Positions 42,977 to 58,300 of a DNA stretch of 64,000 bases are shown in pieces; positions within the stretch are counted from its first letter, which is position 1; each line of letters starts with the position of its first letter. The position numbers and the translations under genes were made by a program. The notes under the pieces were generated by a model. It did no database searches. It saw only the letters and a list, made by a program, of their open reading frames with translations, and was not told the origin of the DNA. Source of the DNA: Octopus sinensis (Eukaryota); the NCBI RefSeq assembly GCF_006345805.1, contig NC_042998.1, positions 11,408,001 through 11,472,000 on the forward strand, read 5' to 3'.

Positions 42977-43677
42977 TACATACATACATACATACATACA
43001 TACATACATACATACATACATACATACATACATACATACATACATACATGCATATATCTTGGACAATCCTTATAAATATTCCATCGATATGAACTATCTA
43101 ATCGAAAGTTAAATGTCGATGAACATAGCATTTCATAGGCTATGATGTAGAATGATAATTCTTTGACCTGAATTCTGGCGATTCAGATCAGCTCTGCCTG
43201 TAATTGTATAATTTATTATGATCTTAACGGAAATATGTGATCTTGCAAAGTATGAGCAAGCATATATGTCTTCGTGTCAGTTGTATTTACTAATATTTAT
43301 TTCTCTTTGTTTTATTTTATTTTAGTCTCCGGGAAGTTACATTTTTCATCAACTCCTGAAGAGCAGAAAATAGTGTCAATAGGAGAGTCGTTCACACTTA
43401 CCTGTGATATCATCAGTAAACCTCACGCCAATATGTACTGGAATAAGAACGGTGTGCGAATACCACAGGTAAGATAAAACCTCAAGGTCATTTTCGAATC
43501 CTGGGGTTATCAATGTCTTCACTTATTCATCCTTCCCTATATTGTTGTTAAATGAACCCCGAGCGAACACAACTATATTCAAATACATTCCAGCCATAAC
43601 TGTCATAAGGGTCGTCATAACCAAACCAGTATTGAAATGAATTAATCTCTCTTTCTGTCGCTCTCTATCCCTATCTA

Positions 43678-43764
<87 letters not shown>

Positions 43765-46700
43765 GTTGTACCTTTAATTTTTAAGGGTTCAACTTTATAT
43801 TATCACACTGACTAGGTCTAAGAATTTATTAGTACATAAGTCTTTGGAAAAGACTCTCCAATCAACTTCAGTCTTCCTTTATGAAATTTTGACTTTGTAT
43901 CCATCTAAAGATATAATTATGATTAATTCCACAAAGTAAAGAAGTTGGCAGAAACAGTAGAGAGGTGGTTAAGATACGTTGATGTATTCATTTACGCTAC
44001 GTCGTTCATGCTGTAAGTTCAAATCCCAACAGAGTCAATTTTACCGGTCATCGATGTAATGTCAATAAAATACAGTACCAGTCATGTTGTGCTTCAATAA
44101 TAACCTATTGGACTCTTCCCCAAAAATGTGTTATGGCCTTCTTGCGTTAAAATGAACATTACCATTTTTCTGGTTCTAAGATCCTTTGGCTACTGAAATC
44201 GACTTTAGTTGTTGGTGGTGGCATGGTTTAACCCCCACGCCAACTCTAATTGACCTGCAATCAATGTTTTCCTTTTTCTAAAATACAAGTCAAGTAGTGG
44301 GTGGTGGTTGATTCAATTGATTTAATCGAAATGTAGCTCACACCCGAACATCTTATACTTTGTTCCAATGTTAGAAACATTAATACTTATTACCATTTGT
44401 TATTTCACCGGAGCCAACTTTGTCATTTATACTTCTGTAAGTCGATAAAGACAGTACCAGTCATATACTGAGTTCAATAAAATCTATTCTTCCCTAAACC
44501 CGTTAAAACTTTTACGTTAGAATTTCTTATTATTATAATGTTAATTTCATTTCAGGGTGCCTCCTCAAACCTTGTCGATGAGCAAAGATATGAAGATAAA
44601 GTCAGTGCTCACCGGCGACCTAGGGTACGTCAAAGTTCACAGATGTTGCAACTGTTTATTGACTGTTTCACACCTGAAAAAGCTGGAACATATGAATGCG
44701 TAGCTGAAACGGATTCACATCGTATATCACATTCAACTGTAGTCGAAACTGGTGAGTACTGAAACATGAAAAACTTAGCAGACCCTTTTTTCATACTGAA
44801 GGAATCTGACTTTATAAAAGTATTTTAAGACGAGATATTGACGGGTCCATAAATCAGAATTATTCATTAGGCATCGAAAGTTTATGTAGACTGCAGAACA
44901 GATATATACATGTGTATCTATGTATATGTATATCTATATATTAGTATGCAATATATTAGTAAAATACAAGTGAATTGTCAGAAAGTGTTAGATATTGTAA
45001 ATCAAAGCCACGTAAATACATCTACAGTTACACAGTTAAATATACTGGATATCAACAAAATCTATATTTGTAGATATATATATATGTATCTAAATTGCCT
45101 CAAGGTTTTAGGGGCAAAGTATTAGGTGCTTAATTCAAATACATACATAAATATGTTAGGTTATTCAAACGGGATACATAAAAAACATTACATTAAATAT
45201 TATATTTTTTTTATCGTCGATCCGCAATGATTAAGCATCAGTGGCTTAAAGGTGGTGCCAGATCACTTACCAAATTTAGATATAGTGTACACCATATATA
45301 ATACAATATAAAATAATAGTATACAATATATAAATAAGTAATATATACATAAACATGCATAGATTCAGAAACCCTAAGGGGAGTAACTCAAATGAGCTAA
45401 TAAAATAAATATCCATAATTAACTCAAAGATGATAAAGTGAATGCTGCACACAATACATTCTGAATTTATTGAAAAGAAAATATCATATTTCTTTTCTCT
45501 AAATTAGGACATTAACTTTTCATTTTCTTGTAGAATATTTACCCTTGTCACTAAATGTCGCTAACACCTGCCGCTACATTTGTGTTTCTTTCACAATCTC
45601 AGAAAAGAATTTCACTAAATTAAGAAATGGATCATCTCATTGCCTCTTTCATATATTTGAATTTTAGTTATGTCTAAAAGCAAACATTTAATTTTTTTAT
45701 GGGCTACTTTGAGTAGACTATACTTTGATTACGCGGCCAAATAAACAAAATCGTAAGTCCAATGTTGTTTCTTAACTGCTAACGAATATCAGACTGTCAT
45801 TTCTCTAAGCACGTAAAGTAACTTGAGAAATTTATGAAATGGTATTTTAGAATTATCTCTCCTTCACTTTCAAAGTCATAATTGCCGCTACGTTTTATTT
45901 ATTTCTGCAATTCGGAAGGTAAATTTTGCGAAAATAAAGAATTATTTTGTACTGCATATGAATAAGACTGGAAAAAAACTTCAATATCAACCGCAGATTC
46001 GAACGCTGTGCTTGCCGTGTACAATATAACTATATATATATATATCAGGTCGTCCCATAAGTTCTGTCCGAATTTTGAATACAGAAAACAAGTGATCAAA
46101 TGTTATATTTAATTGAAATTTAATAATCAATGTACTTTCTCTGATTATCTATGACGTCCTTCCATCTATTTACGAGCATTTTAATCCCATCAATATAAAT
46201 CTCTTTTGGTTTCAATGCGAAGAACTCTGAATTGTAAGTTTCGATTTCCTCCTGACTTGCGAAAGTTATGTCCCCAAATGATTCTGTAAACTACGAAACA
46301 AATGGTGGTCTGAAGGAGGTAGCTCGGTAGAATAAGGTGGATGAGGAATTTTTCCCAACCAAGCTCTTCGATCTTCTGTGATGTGATCTTTGCAGTGTGG
46401 GGTCGCGCATTGTCCTGATGAAGCATCACTCCTTTTCGATTTACTAAAGCGGATCTTTTTTCTTCAAAGCTTGGTTCAAACGCTCTAATTGCTAACAGTA
46501 GACTTGAGCATTGACTGTTGCATTAGGTGGTGGTAACAATTCAAAGTGAATTTCTCCTTTGCAATCCCACCAGATAGAGAGGAGAACCTTTTTCCCATGA
46601 ATTTCCCTTCTCGGTTGTGGTTGAGCTTTTTCCTTTTACCAAGCCACTGTTTACGACGTTTAACATTTCGATAGAAGATCCATTTTTCGTCACCAGTCAC

Positions 46701-47389
46701 AAGTCTATCCAAAAAGGGTGAAATGAGTTCGCGAGAATGGAGAGAAGAGCAGATGTCAACTCGGGATTCGCGGTTGCATTCGGACAATTCATGAGGCACC
46801 CATTTTCCAAGTTTAGGAACCTTTCCAAGTTGTTGAAGATGACGATGAATAGTTGTATGGTTTGAGCTAAGCTTTATTGCCAATTCTTCAACTGATAATG
46901 CAGGATTTTCTTCAAGTAATGTCTCAAGGAGCTTAACATCAAACTCAACTGGACGTCCTGTTCGATCTTCATCTTCAAGGCTGAAATCTCCACTTCTGAA
47001 TTTTGCAAACCATCTTCTGCAAGTTCTTTCATTCAAGCATTCTTTCCCATAAAGTGAGTGTATGCTTCGAGTCACATCGGCTGCAGTGTTTTCTTTTTTG
47101 TACTCATAAGCATTATGTGCCTCAATGCTCTTTCGATACTTCCGTGTTAGAAAGGGTTTTAATCAAAGCAATTTTAATTCTATTATTCTGAAAAAATAAT
47201 TAGTTACTTTAAATGTACACAAATGCATAAAAATAATTTTTAATTCTATTAGACATTCTAAAATACTATTAAATTTCATTCAATTTTTAAAAAGGTAAAA
47301 TCGAACAGAACTTATGAGATGCCCTGATATATATATATATATATATATAAATATACATATACACTAATGCACACACATAGATAGATAGG

Positions 47390-47478
<89 letters not shown>

Positions 47479-50400
47479 GTACACACGGATATTGCTATGC
47501 ATAATTCGTCATTTCTTTGAATTAAATTTACCTAATGTTTTCATTTCAAAAAATAATGCAGAATATTAACAATTAATTCATGTAACTCCTTCATTGAGTT
47601 ATATAACCTGTTTGTCCTTTTCACAGGAATGAATCATATAAAGAGAAGTGATCATTTTTAAAACGATTCATGAAATTATTCGTGTATTTATGAGGCTGTC
47701 TTTTTATTGGGAAGTGTAATGCTTAAAATAGATGTAGTTATCTGAAGGAAAAACAATTACACTTTATTGAAAAGGGATGGATGAATCAGTACATTTTCAA
47801 ATATTTTAACCTCCATTTTTAATCGTTATGTTATTGTTTGTATGTTCATTTAAACTCAAAACTATATGCCCACTTTTCCTAAAAGTACAACAAAGCTAGT
47901 GAGATGTATATAATAAAGTAAATTATGATTGATTAAACATCAATATACTTTAATTCTTTTAGCTTTCAGTTTTATACATCAGTACATTTATTGTAAATTT
48001 CTGCTACTGTAATTTAAGAAGGGAACCCAAATTATTCAAAATATTATTAATCTATGATATATGACTGTTTAGAAAACAAGGTTCAGTTCTATTAACGCCT
48101 ATTGCAATCACCGTTCGTTTATTACGTTTTTATATAAGTTTATTTCTTATATCTCAGCATTTCACTTTATATCATCTCATCGGACGTGTTCTGATTTTTT
48201 TTATTCAGCTTATTTTAAATCAATATATAGATCATTTAGGCATCACTAAAACTCATTTCTAATGTTAACTAAATTATTTCCTTATTATTGTTGCCGTTAT
48301 TTCTGCTTCAACAGAAGTTTAGCGTTGGAATTTGAGTTGACGCCATTCTGGCACTTTCTTTTGATCGAGTATATATAAAGTCGTCGTATTCTGGAAGATA
48401 AGTGGGCACTGTGTGGAGTTCCAAGACAATATCGATGTATGTAGGTTATTTCTGGTTATTTCGAATATTTTATTCGTCTGCAATATGCATTCATAATAGA
48501 TATAAAACCTGAGCTCAGTTATGCCAGTTTACTCCTTGTTTTTTCGTAGTAGGCATTTAAAAAAATGTTTATACTCTGAATTGCTGCCTGTTACTGGTTG
48601 CCTCGAATTTCATCGTCATTCACCAAATAGTAATGGTTTTACTGTCGTTTCCTAGTTTTCCTTTGTTGAAGAATTTTCTTACTTTTCATTGAATTTTATG
48701 GATAAAGTTGACTACATTTTACACATGCCTTCTGAATTTGATAATTGGTTATATGAGTGACTTCTTTTATAGCACTGAACTAGTTATAGTGAAGCCAAAA
48801 GGTATGAGTGTGGTTGCAATTTTAGTGTTTCTTCTCTCATGTCGTAGACATTTTGAGGTAGCTTTTAGCCATCTAAAGATCTAAAATTTGTACAACTTGT
48901 ATTTTCTGTGCCTGACGTTGCGAGTCCTTCCTTGGTCTAATCGCGAATTGGTCAATCAGTTATTTCGTAGGCTGCTATAATTGTGAATTTGTTCACAATT
49001 ATAGTTCCTATGTGCTGCTTCAATCCACTGTAATACTAATTAGTGATTTTGTCGGTGTACTGGAGACATAAAATGTATAGAGTGAGACATAGTAGTTAAT
49101 GTAAATTAACTACTCTCGGAACCTGATTTCTGCTTACCCATCCTTCAAATATACTACTAGCCTTCTTGCGAAACCCTTTTAATATAATGCAATGGATGGC
49201 CATATCAAAGGTTTTTACTAAGTAAAGCGCCACACTATTTACTTCGAAATAAGCCTCAGCTAGTTTCTGCGATAGTCCCCTTAGGACTATATAATTTTTA
49301 AAGCCATTAAACACTATGATTTCTGAGTGGTAACTGTTGTAGAGGAAATGGTACGCCCGTACCATGGAACAAGTGGTATGACTCAGTCGCTATAAAGTGA
49401 AACGACGTCAACCAGTACAGAGAGTCGTGGGTCGGTAGTAGTAGTCATTGTACGAGTTCTCAGTTGGAGTCAGTGTCAGTTACGTGATATATACGAGTTC
49501 TATTTACCGTCAAGGTAGACGTTACAAAGTCGTTATCTTGCGAAGCTATCAGCGATAGCATGATAAACGAGACAAAGACAATAAGATGCGGAATACCGCC
49601 ACAACATAATAGTGATGACAAGAATATTACAGTGCCGACAACAACATACAAGTGAACCCAAACAATATACAAGTAGACCCAAACGGAACATGCCGTTTGC
49701 GGCGATAGACCAGGTCAACAAAGAGTTGGAAATACTGGAAAGTCTACCTATAATTAAGAAAATTGACCTCTCAGGCTGGGCAGCACCGATGGTTTATGTG
49801 AAAAAAAACCCCAAAAAAGTGCCAAGAAGGACATATCAATTTTTTTTTCAGATTTGGTGATAAACTGTACATGAGGTCGTATAAAAACGGAAAACAATAC
49901 TGGAAAGAAGGCGCAATTACAAAGTACATAGAGAAAATGATGTATGAGATAAAAGCAAAAAAGGTATTGAAAACAGACGCAGAAACCAATTAAAGAAGAG
50001 ATTCATAGAAAATGAACCAAACAGATTGGAAGTAACTATAGAATGGGTGTATGACACATTCCAGGTACCAACACCGTTACGGGTGGTTGAACCCATGTGC
50101 ACAAGTGGAAGAAAAAGGAAGAACACAGAGTTCCTAGAAATAGACACCAAAAAGAAAAAATATTAAGTAGTACAAATAAAAAAAAACTAAAAAAGGGATC
50201 TGGGGTGGATAAAGTAAAATAAAATTACTTGCTTCCCAAAAAGAAAAAAAAACTAAAAGGGCAGATGTTGTAGCGGAAATGTTACACCCTTCCCACGGGA
50301 CAAGTGGAATGATCAGCCACTATAAAGTGAGACGACGTCAGTGGATCGAGTAGTGGAGTCATTGTACGAGTTCTCAGTTGGAGTCAGTGTCAGTTACGTG

Positions 50401-51993
50401 ATATATACGAGTTCGAGTTACCGTCAAGTTAGATGTTACAAAGTCATTGTCTTACGGAGCTATCAGCGATAGCACGATAGACGAGACAGAGATAATAAGA
50501 CGTGGATTACCACCACAACATACTAGTGGTGACAAGAATATTACAGTGTCGACAGCAACATACAAGTGGACGAGGGTCCCACATTATAACAGTAACAAAA
50601 AATGTTCTTCAGTTTAAAGTTGAATAATAGCACCGTTTTTCCTTTTTTGTTTTGTAATTCTGTTCTCTACATAGTCGTGAAAAAAATTTCAACGAAAACT
50701 CTGGAGCAATAAAGAAAGTCATTATAGAGGATATCTGAAAACCACTTATTTTGCTAAAAGAGGAAATGATAGTTAACATTTGTATTATTATTGTGACCAA
50801 ACAGTCTTATTATTGAAGAATAGTATACTCTGAATTACAGAGTTCAATGTGTACTTTTTGTAAGATTACGGTGTATTGATTTGACCGTAATGTTTACAAG
50901 CTAAAGTTTGCTCATTGCTTCGTAGTAGATTAAGTTCTTGTCAGAAGCAGCTATCTCTCTTTCTCGAGATTTTTATTATTTTGGTAAATATACCAAATAT
51001 ATTTCTCGAAGTCATTGTACTAAGAGGTGGAACAGCGTTCTTAGACATACCAGACCGGAGAAGGAAAAAAGATTTATAGGTGTTTGAACTTTTGTGGATT
51101 TATGATTGAAAAGGAAAGACAAACATGGAGGGTGTTCCACAGAATGAAGTTACAGAGAATATAGTTTGGGTAAAATCAGGATAGAAAATATTGCACAAGC
51201 AATTCTTGTTCTGATCGAGCAAACCTATGATGACCCAGTCTTTTTTCTAGCAATGACTATCTAAGAATGCCTTATTTCCTATTTTTAAGGCGATAGGGTG
51301 TGATTTGAGAAAAATCTTGGCTGTCATTTCTGGCATGCCGAACAACGACATAGAGGTTCCTTTGTTGAGTGAAGAAGCAGGTAGCTAAAATAGTAATTGA
51401 AAATGTCTTTATGTTGAGATCTCATAAGAGATAAAGTGTTATAATTAACAAAGATTTATAGAAAAAAAAAAAGAAAAGAAAACTCGTTGAACTCATTGTT
51501 CTTCACCGAGAATGACTAAAGATTTGAAATTGTTGAAAGCGTCATTAAAACTACGTACTTAATGCTAACACCTGCCAACAACAATTTCCTGTTGGTGTTA
51601 ATTTTTCTGCTTGGGCCGCTTTCTAGGTCATGTTACTCGCCTGGTGACCGGGTCTCTTATTATCTGGGTCACTTTCTATTCAGGTTATTCCCCAAGACCT
51701 TTCAGGTTCATTTATGATCTGGGTCACTCAGGACTTAGGCTAGTTACGATCTACTTTCTAGATGCCTTATATAAAACAGTACAAGATTGAATCTTTCAGA
51801 TTCAGAGATTCTTAAAGTTAATTTTCCCGCAGTCCCATGAAATTAATAACATAGTTTGCTTGAGGAATAAACAACATTGGCAATATTTCTTATTCCTGAG
51901 AAATCTTTTTATTTCCCAAGATTTATTTCCATCCATCCATCCATATGTCTGCTCATGCATCCACTCAGCTACCCAGCTTTATTCCTTTTATTA

Positions 51994-52028
<35 letters not shown>

Positions 52029-55000
52029 ATTATTATTATTGTTATTGGCCTTGTACCAAAATTATTACTAAATTATTACTATTTATCGCTTATTTCTTTT
52101 CTTTTGCGCCTATTTTTATTGTTATTATCGTTGTTTTTCATTTTGCCTTATGCATCATCAGCGGTGATCTTTACGAGAAGTACAATTTTATTTTTTCAGC
52201 TTGTCCTGTCACTGGTCAGAATTCGTATGGTGCAGATTTTCTTTTTCGAATTCTCAACTACATGCTATGTTCCGGTGAGATTCATATCCCCAAGAATGCT
52301 ATCCCGACTTCTCTATTGTGTCTAAACTATTTCTCAGCTAGATCTTCCTCTTCTTTCTGTAGTCCACGTCTTCGCTGTATCCATCTTCCTTCCGCGCATC
52401 TTAAACCCTCAAACTAAGAATGCACTTGTAATTTGTACAGCTTTATAAACTGTTTGTGTGTCAGATTTTAGACTTGCCTTGCAGTTAACATCTTTCTCCT
52501 TTCTTTTCTTCCTCCCAAATCATCAGCATCAGCATCATCATCATCATCATCGAATCCACTTCAATTATCATTATTTCTATTATCTTCACCACCTTCATCA
52601 CGTTTCTACCCGAGTAAAAAAACCTCAATGTTAGTTTGTAGTCTTCCTCTGCTTAACACAGCATTTGTTAAATGACTCAGTTTAATGGTTCTTGCTAAGC
52701 TTCTATTGGCTGAATATGAGCTCTTGTGATTTGGTGAATATACAATTATCTAGGCCGATTCAGCTAACCACTCTTACTTTGTTATAATTTGTAAAATAAA
52801 GCTAAAAAAAGGACAAGTATAATCAGATAAAATAGATAAATAAATAAACAAGTAATTAACAAAATTAGCATGTGTTAATTAGAAAAGGGTACAGTCGGAT
52901 CTCGTAAAATATCTGTACTCGTTTGCTTCTTGAGAATTGTTGTAAATTCATCCCATACAAAATTACGCAATAGAAAATTAAATAGCACATTAAACAACAA
53001 AAATCTAGAAAAAAATGTTACTAAGTATTTAGCGGTGACGGTTTTAAATCTAAATAAGCAAGTTTAAGCCAACCATTGACAAAACCTATTTAATGAGTTT
53101 AAGCTAACTATTTACTGAATTCTATTTAAATATTTCTTTTTTTATATATTTTTTTCTCTTTCGCCTTTTCTTTGCAGGAAGATTTCCAGCAAAGGAACAA
53201 TGTAATTCTAACGGTGAGTATACTACGATAAATCAAGATTAATTCACGACTTTATCTCATTAAAAGACATCTCTTATTGTTTAGGTTTATGTCGGCTTTT
53301 ACAACCACTGTTCTTCACGGCAACGTTTTAGTGTTCTATATTACCTAAAGGATTATTACACACTAAAGATATAAATAAAGCCAGGTGCACGTGGAACGAG
53401 TGAGTAGGTACAAATATGTGTCCTATAAATATACTCACTTATACATGTCAGACATACCATTTTCTTTTAAATCAATGCTAATAAATTTGTGAGTGTATGA
53501 CCTAAAAATAGAATTGGTGTCAATTTTTTAAGTCTGATATATATTAGCGAATTTGTTATTAAAAATCAAATTAAACTGATTAATTTTAGTGCACAAAAAA
53601 TAAGAGAGTATTTAAGATTAAGTGTCTGCTGAAAAAGAAGCATCAAATTTCACTTAACTCACACCCTAGAAACTTGTAAGAGGAAGGAAATATGAATATC
53701 TACGTTGTCATAGCCCTGAATATATCATATATTAAAAACAGAATGATCACATCTTGAACGTTTTTCATCACAGCTCTACTTTGAGCTGATTTGGAGCCAG
53801 ACTGTAACCACATCTTGACTCATGAAGCTGAAAACGAAACTTCTGAAGTTTAAGTATTTAAAGACAGAAGCAGTATTAAATGCTAACATAGTTAATAGAT
53901 TAATTTTTGTTTGGTGTCGATTACTTGTTCAGTCGTTAGAATATCGAACGAAATGCCGGAGTTCAAATGTTGTGTTCAAATCCCACGTCGGCTATCTTAC
54001 CTTTTTCTCCTCCTACTCTCTTTCTAATTAATGATTTTTGAAAGATTTAGCTTCTATTTCAAGTATTTCGATACCGCGTAGATTTTTTTCTCAATGGCTC
54101 ACTTATTGAAGTTAAAATCAAAGCTAGGGCAAACAATTTGATATATTGATTTCAAATTTTGACACAAAGCCAGCAATTTCGAGGGCGGGTTAAGTCGATT
54201 ACATTGACCACAGTCCTCAACTGATACTTGGTTTATCAACCCGAAAATGATGTAAGGTTAAGTAATCCTCGGCAGAATTTGACTCAGAATGTTGCGATGT
54301 ACGAAATGCTGCTAAGCATTTTATCTGGCATGCTAACAATTCTGCTAGCTCGCTGCCTGACGATTTGATATTATATTAGTTTCAAATTTTGGTTCAAGGC
54401 CAGAAATTTCGGGCGAGCGGTTAAGTTCAAGGTGTTCAACCCGAAAGGATGAAAGGAAAAGTCGGCCTCGGCGGAACTTGAACTCAGAGCATAAAGACGG
54501 ACGAAATTCTGTTAAGCATTTTACCCAGTAACGATTCTGTCTGTTCGTCACCTTGATTTGAAATAATATTACATAAATCAAATGGCGGTGCCCCAGCATG
54601 GCCACAGCTCAAGAGCTGAAACTGGAAAACATAAACATAAACATAAATATTTAAGGCCGTGAACTGGTAGAATTGTTAGCACGCCAGGCAAAATGCTTGG
54701 TGGTATTTCATCTGTCTTTATGTTCTACGTTTAAATTCCGCTCAGTCCACTTAGCCTTCCACTCTTTCGGGGTCGATAAAATCAGCCCTTGCTGATCACT
54801 ATAATCGACTAGTACCCTCCCACAAACTTTTAGTCCTTGTGGCTAAGGTAGAAAGAGTTATATTACATAATGATTTCTTCTTTAAAATCCTTGTCAGCAT
54901 GAAACTTAATTTTAGAAACAGAAAGGACAAAAAAAAAATGTCTTAGCGTTACTATTTCTCTTTGTGTATATGTAAGAAAGTGTCCTCTCCTTTATCTATG

Positions 55001-55252
55001 AGTTTAATAATTTCCATTTTTAAAATGTTTGGATGACATTTTCAAATCATTTGATTCTATCAAATTAAGCGGAATTTCAATTGCTAGAATATATCTTAAG
55101 ATTTTCGAAAAAGTTATGCTTAGAATTGTTAGCAAAACTATGTTGTAGAGCTTCACACAATAAATTCATTCTGTGTGCATGTGTACATGTGAGTGAGTGA
55201 GAGTGGGTGTATGTGCGCGTGTGCGTGTAGATATATATGTATAAATAAATAA

Positions 55253-55322
<70 letters not shown>

Positions 55323-58300
55323 GTTTTCTTCTTTTAAAGTGCACGTTTTTTTATTTCATTTCTTCCATAAAGGAATGGGAGCTCGTATTTATTCCTATAC
55401 CACTTATCGCATTGAGAAGTCTGGCACAGCTGTCCAGTTAAGTTGCCGAGCTCAAGGTACTCCAACACCAACAATTAGCTGGTACAAGGACAAGAAAAAG
55501 ATTCTACCAAGCACGCCTGGTTACAAGGTAAAAAAAAATTCAAATAATTTTTACAAAATTTATTTATTCTTTTACTTTTTCAGTCATTTGAGTGCGGCCA
55601 TGCTGGAGTACCGCCTTTAGTCGAGTAAATCGACCATAGGACTTTTATTTGTAAGCCTAGCCTAGTACTTATTCTATCGGACACTTTTGCTGAACCGCTA
55701 AGTTACGGGGACGTAAACGCACCTGCATCGGTTGTCAACCGATGTTCGGAAGATAAACACCGACACACAAGCACACATACATATACATACGTGTATGTAT
55801 ATATACATATACGATGTGCTTCTTTCAGTTTCCGTCTACCAAATCCACTCACAAGACTTTGGTCGGTCCTAGGATATAGTAGAAGACACTTGTCCAAGGT
55901 GCCACGCAGTGGGACTGAACCCGGAATCATGTGGTTGGTAAGCAAGCTACTTAGCACACAACCACTCCTAATATTTCAAAATATTTTTTAGGTTAACTGT
56001 TAATGAATTCTGTTAAGATGCTTAAAGACATAGATGGTACAACTGCATCGATTAACCATTCAGTTCGCAATCAACATAATTTTTGCTTTTATTTTTACTA
56101 CTGCAAACACCGCCAGAAATCGGTGTAATACATTCTCCAATCAATAAATATAAATGCTGGGGCTAGGTTAAAAAGAAATATGAAATTAGGACTTGCTCTT
56201 GCCGAGTTTCAAACTGAAGGGTGTTTCTTTGAGACCAATTGAAGTTGGGTCTCAGAGTTAGTTCACTTAGACCTACCACAATAACCTGATGAAAAGTTAG
56301 TGTTTGCTTAGCTGATGAAGGTTTTATGCAAAAATGAACAGTTTACCCTTCGGTTTATATTATCTAAATGGTGTTTAAATAACAAAACAAAGTTAATTAT
56401 CAAAATAATTATTGTATTGCATTGTACCCCGGACAAATGTCTTCTACTATGCCTTCAGGTGAGGAATGACTTCTCAGTCAAATTTGGGGAACGGAAACTG
56501 AGTGGAGGCTTGTTGTATACATATATACACACACATTCATATATTACTTATATGTATCTATGTATGTGTGTATATGTATTTGTGTATATGTTTGTGTGTG
56601 TGTGTACATGTGTATATACGTATGTGTATATACATACATACGCACACACACTCACACACACATATATATGTGTGCGTGTGTGTGTGTGTCTTCTCTATTC
56701 TCGGCCAAACCGCTGGATCAATCTGTACCATATTTGGCATGAACGTTTTTCATTACTCGGCGAATGTTTTAGTTGGGGGTCAAAATTTGGCCCTTGCCCA
56801 CATAGGGGATGTGGCTTCTCCCCCTATACGTCCCTTCCGATTTTTTTCAACGAATTCCTATGCTTTCCATGACGGAGATTCCGAATACGCGCAAAACCAT
56901 GTTTTCCAAAATTTTTAATTCCTCCTCCACGCAAATTAAAAATTTTTAACTTTTTTCAATTTTTATTTAATCTACTTGGGAAAATACAGAGATTTAGAAT
57001 ATAGAAAAAATTTTAATTTCAAATTTTCTATGAAGAACTCCAAAATTAATACATACACTCCTCGCCACCTCATCCTGTTGTCTAAAACTGAAAATGAACT
57101 GCTTAAAATAACAGCTAAATGTCTAGAAAATTTCTTTGTTTGTGTACGTGCGCAACAATTTCTACAGCTTATGTGAATGAACAGAGAAAGTAAACAGAAA
57201 TATGTTTTACACGCCGGTTTTGTTTTCTCGTTTTAAAGGTAAACGATTCTGATAGAAGCAAACACGTTATTGAATAATTCTCCGTCATACGTCTACAACC
57301 CCACCTCTTTTTTTAAGTAAAGATAGGCGCTTTTCAATTGTGATAATGAAACAAGGGGTTTAGTTCTTACCGCCAAAATTAATTTCACTTGCCAAAGGGA
57401 GGGTGACAGTTTATGGTTTCGCCTCGCCACGAGCATACGACTTGCTGCATGATTCTTGCAACAAAATCATTATAAATTGCTATTACCTTTATAGCAGAAT
57501 CGAAATTATATTTCGTTATGCCCATGCTGTTCCTTTGGGACATAAACGCCGTAAAGAGATAGAGCAAAATCTTGGTCATTAATCAAAACAAAAACGTGTG
57601 CCCATTCAGCGAAATGGATATTTTCCCCCTCCCACTTATCTTTTCAAAATATATTGATATGGAAACTTGATTGTGCATGTTTTCTCCAAGAACATAATGT
57701 GTGAAGTGAAATTGCATCGAAGAGACATCGTAATTTTAAATCCTACAACATACGCGAATTTTTTCTAATAATGGTATTATTTTTTTAACTAAACGGGGAA
57801 TATAAATGTTTTAAACGGTAGCGCATTAAACAAATGATTTAAATGAAGTGAAATAATTACTTCTCATAAACTATAGAGTATTCAAAATGTTTGATATGAC
57901 CAACTCATTAGAGCAGCAGAACAAATAGATTAAAATGCTTAATTTCCTTTTGTCTTGGCTCGAGTTGAAATCTCGTTGCAATAAGATATAGAGGCTAAAT
58001 TTGGGCGTGATAATAAATTCTTTTCTACTCTAGGCACAAGGCCCGAAATTTTTGGAAAGGGGGCCAGTCGATTAGATCGACCCCAATTCGCAACTGCGAC
58101 TTAATTTATCGATCCCGAAAGGATGAAAGGCAAAGTCGACCTCGGTGGAATTTGAACTCAACGTAAAGACAGACGAAATACCGCTAAGTATTTCGCCCAG
58201 CGTGCTAAACGTTTCTGCCAGCTCGCCGCCTTACGTAATAATAAATTGGTATTTTGTCTTATTTTACAGTTGCTAGCAAATGGTGATCTGGTTCTTGAAA

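Noticed and set aside
47626-47700. Acceptor-like ccttttcacag in intron 4
   Set aside because: No convincing donor, and the gene model is complete without it.
51860-52417. 185-aa ORF
   Set aside because: Partly (TTA)n; no recognisable domain on either strand; probably a decayed TE I cannot classify.
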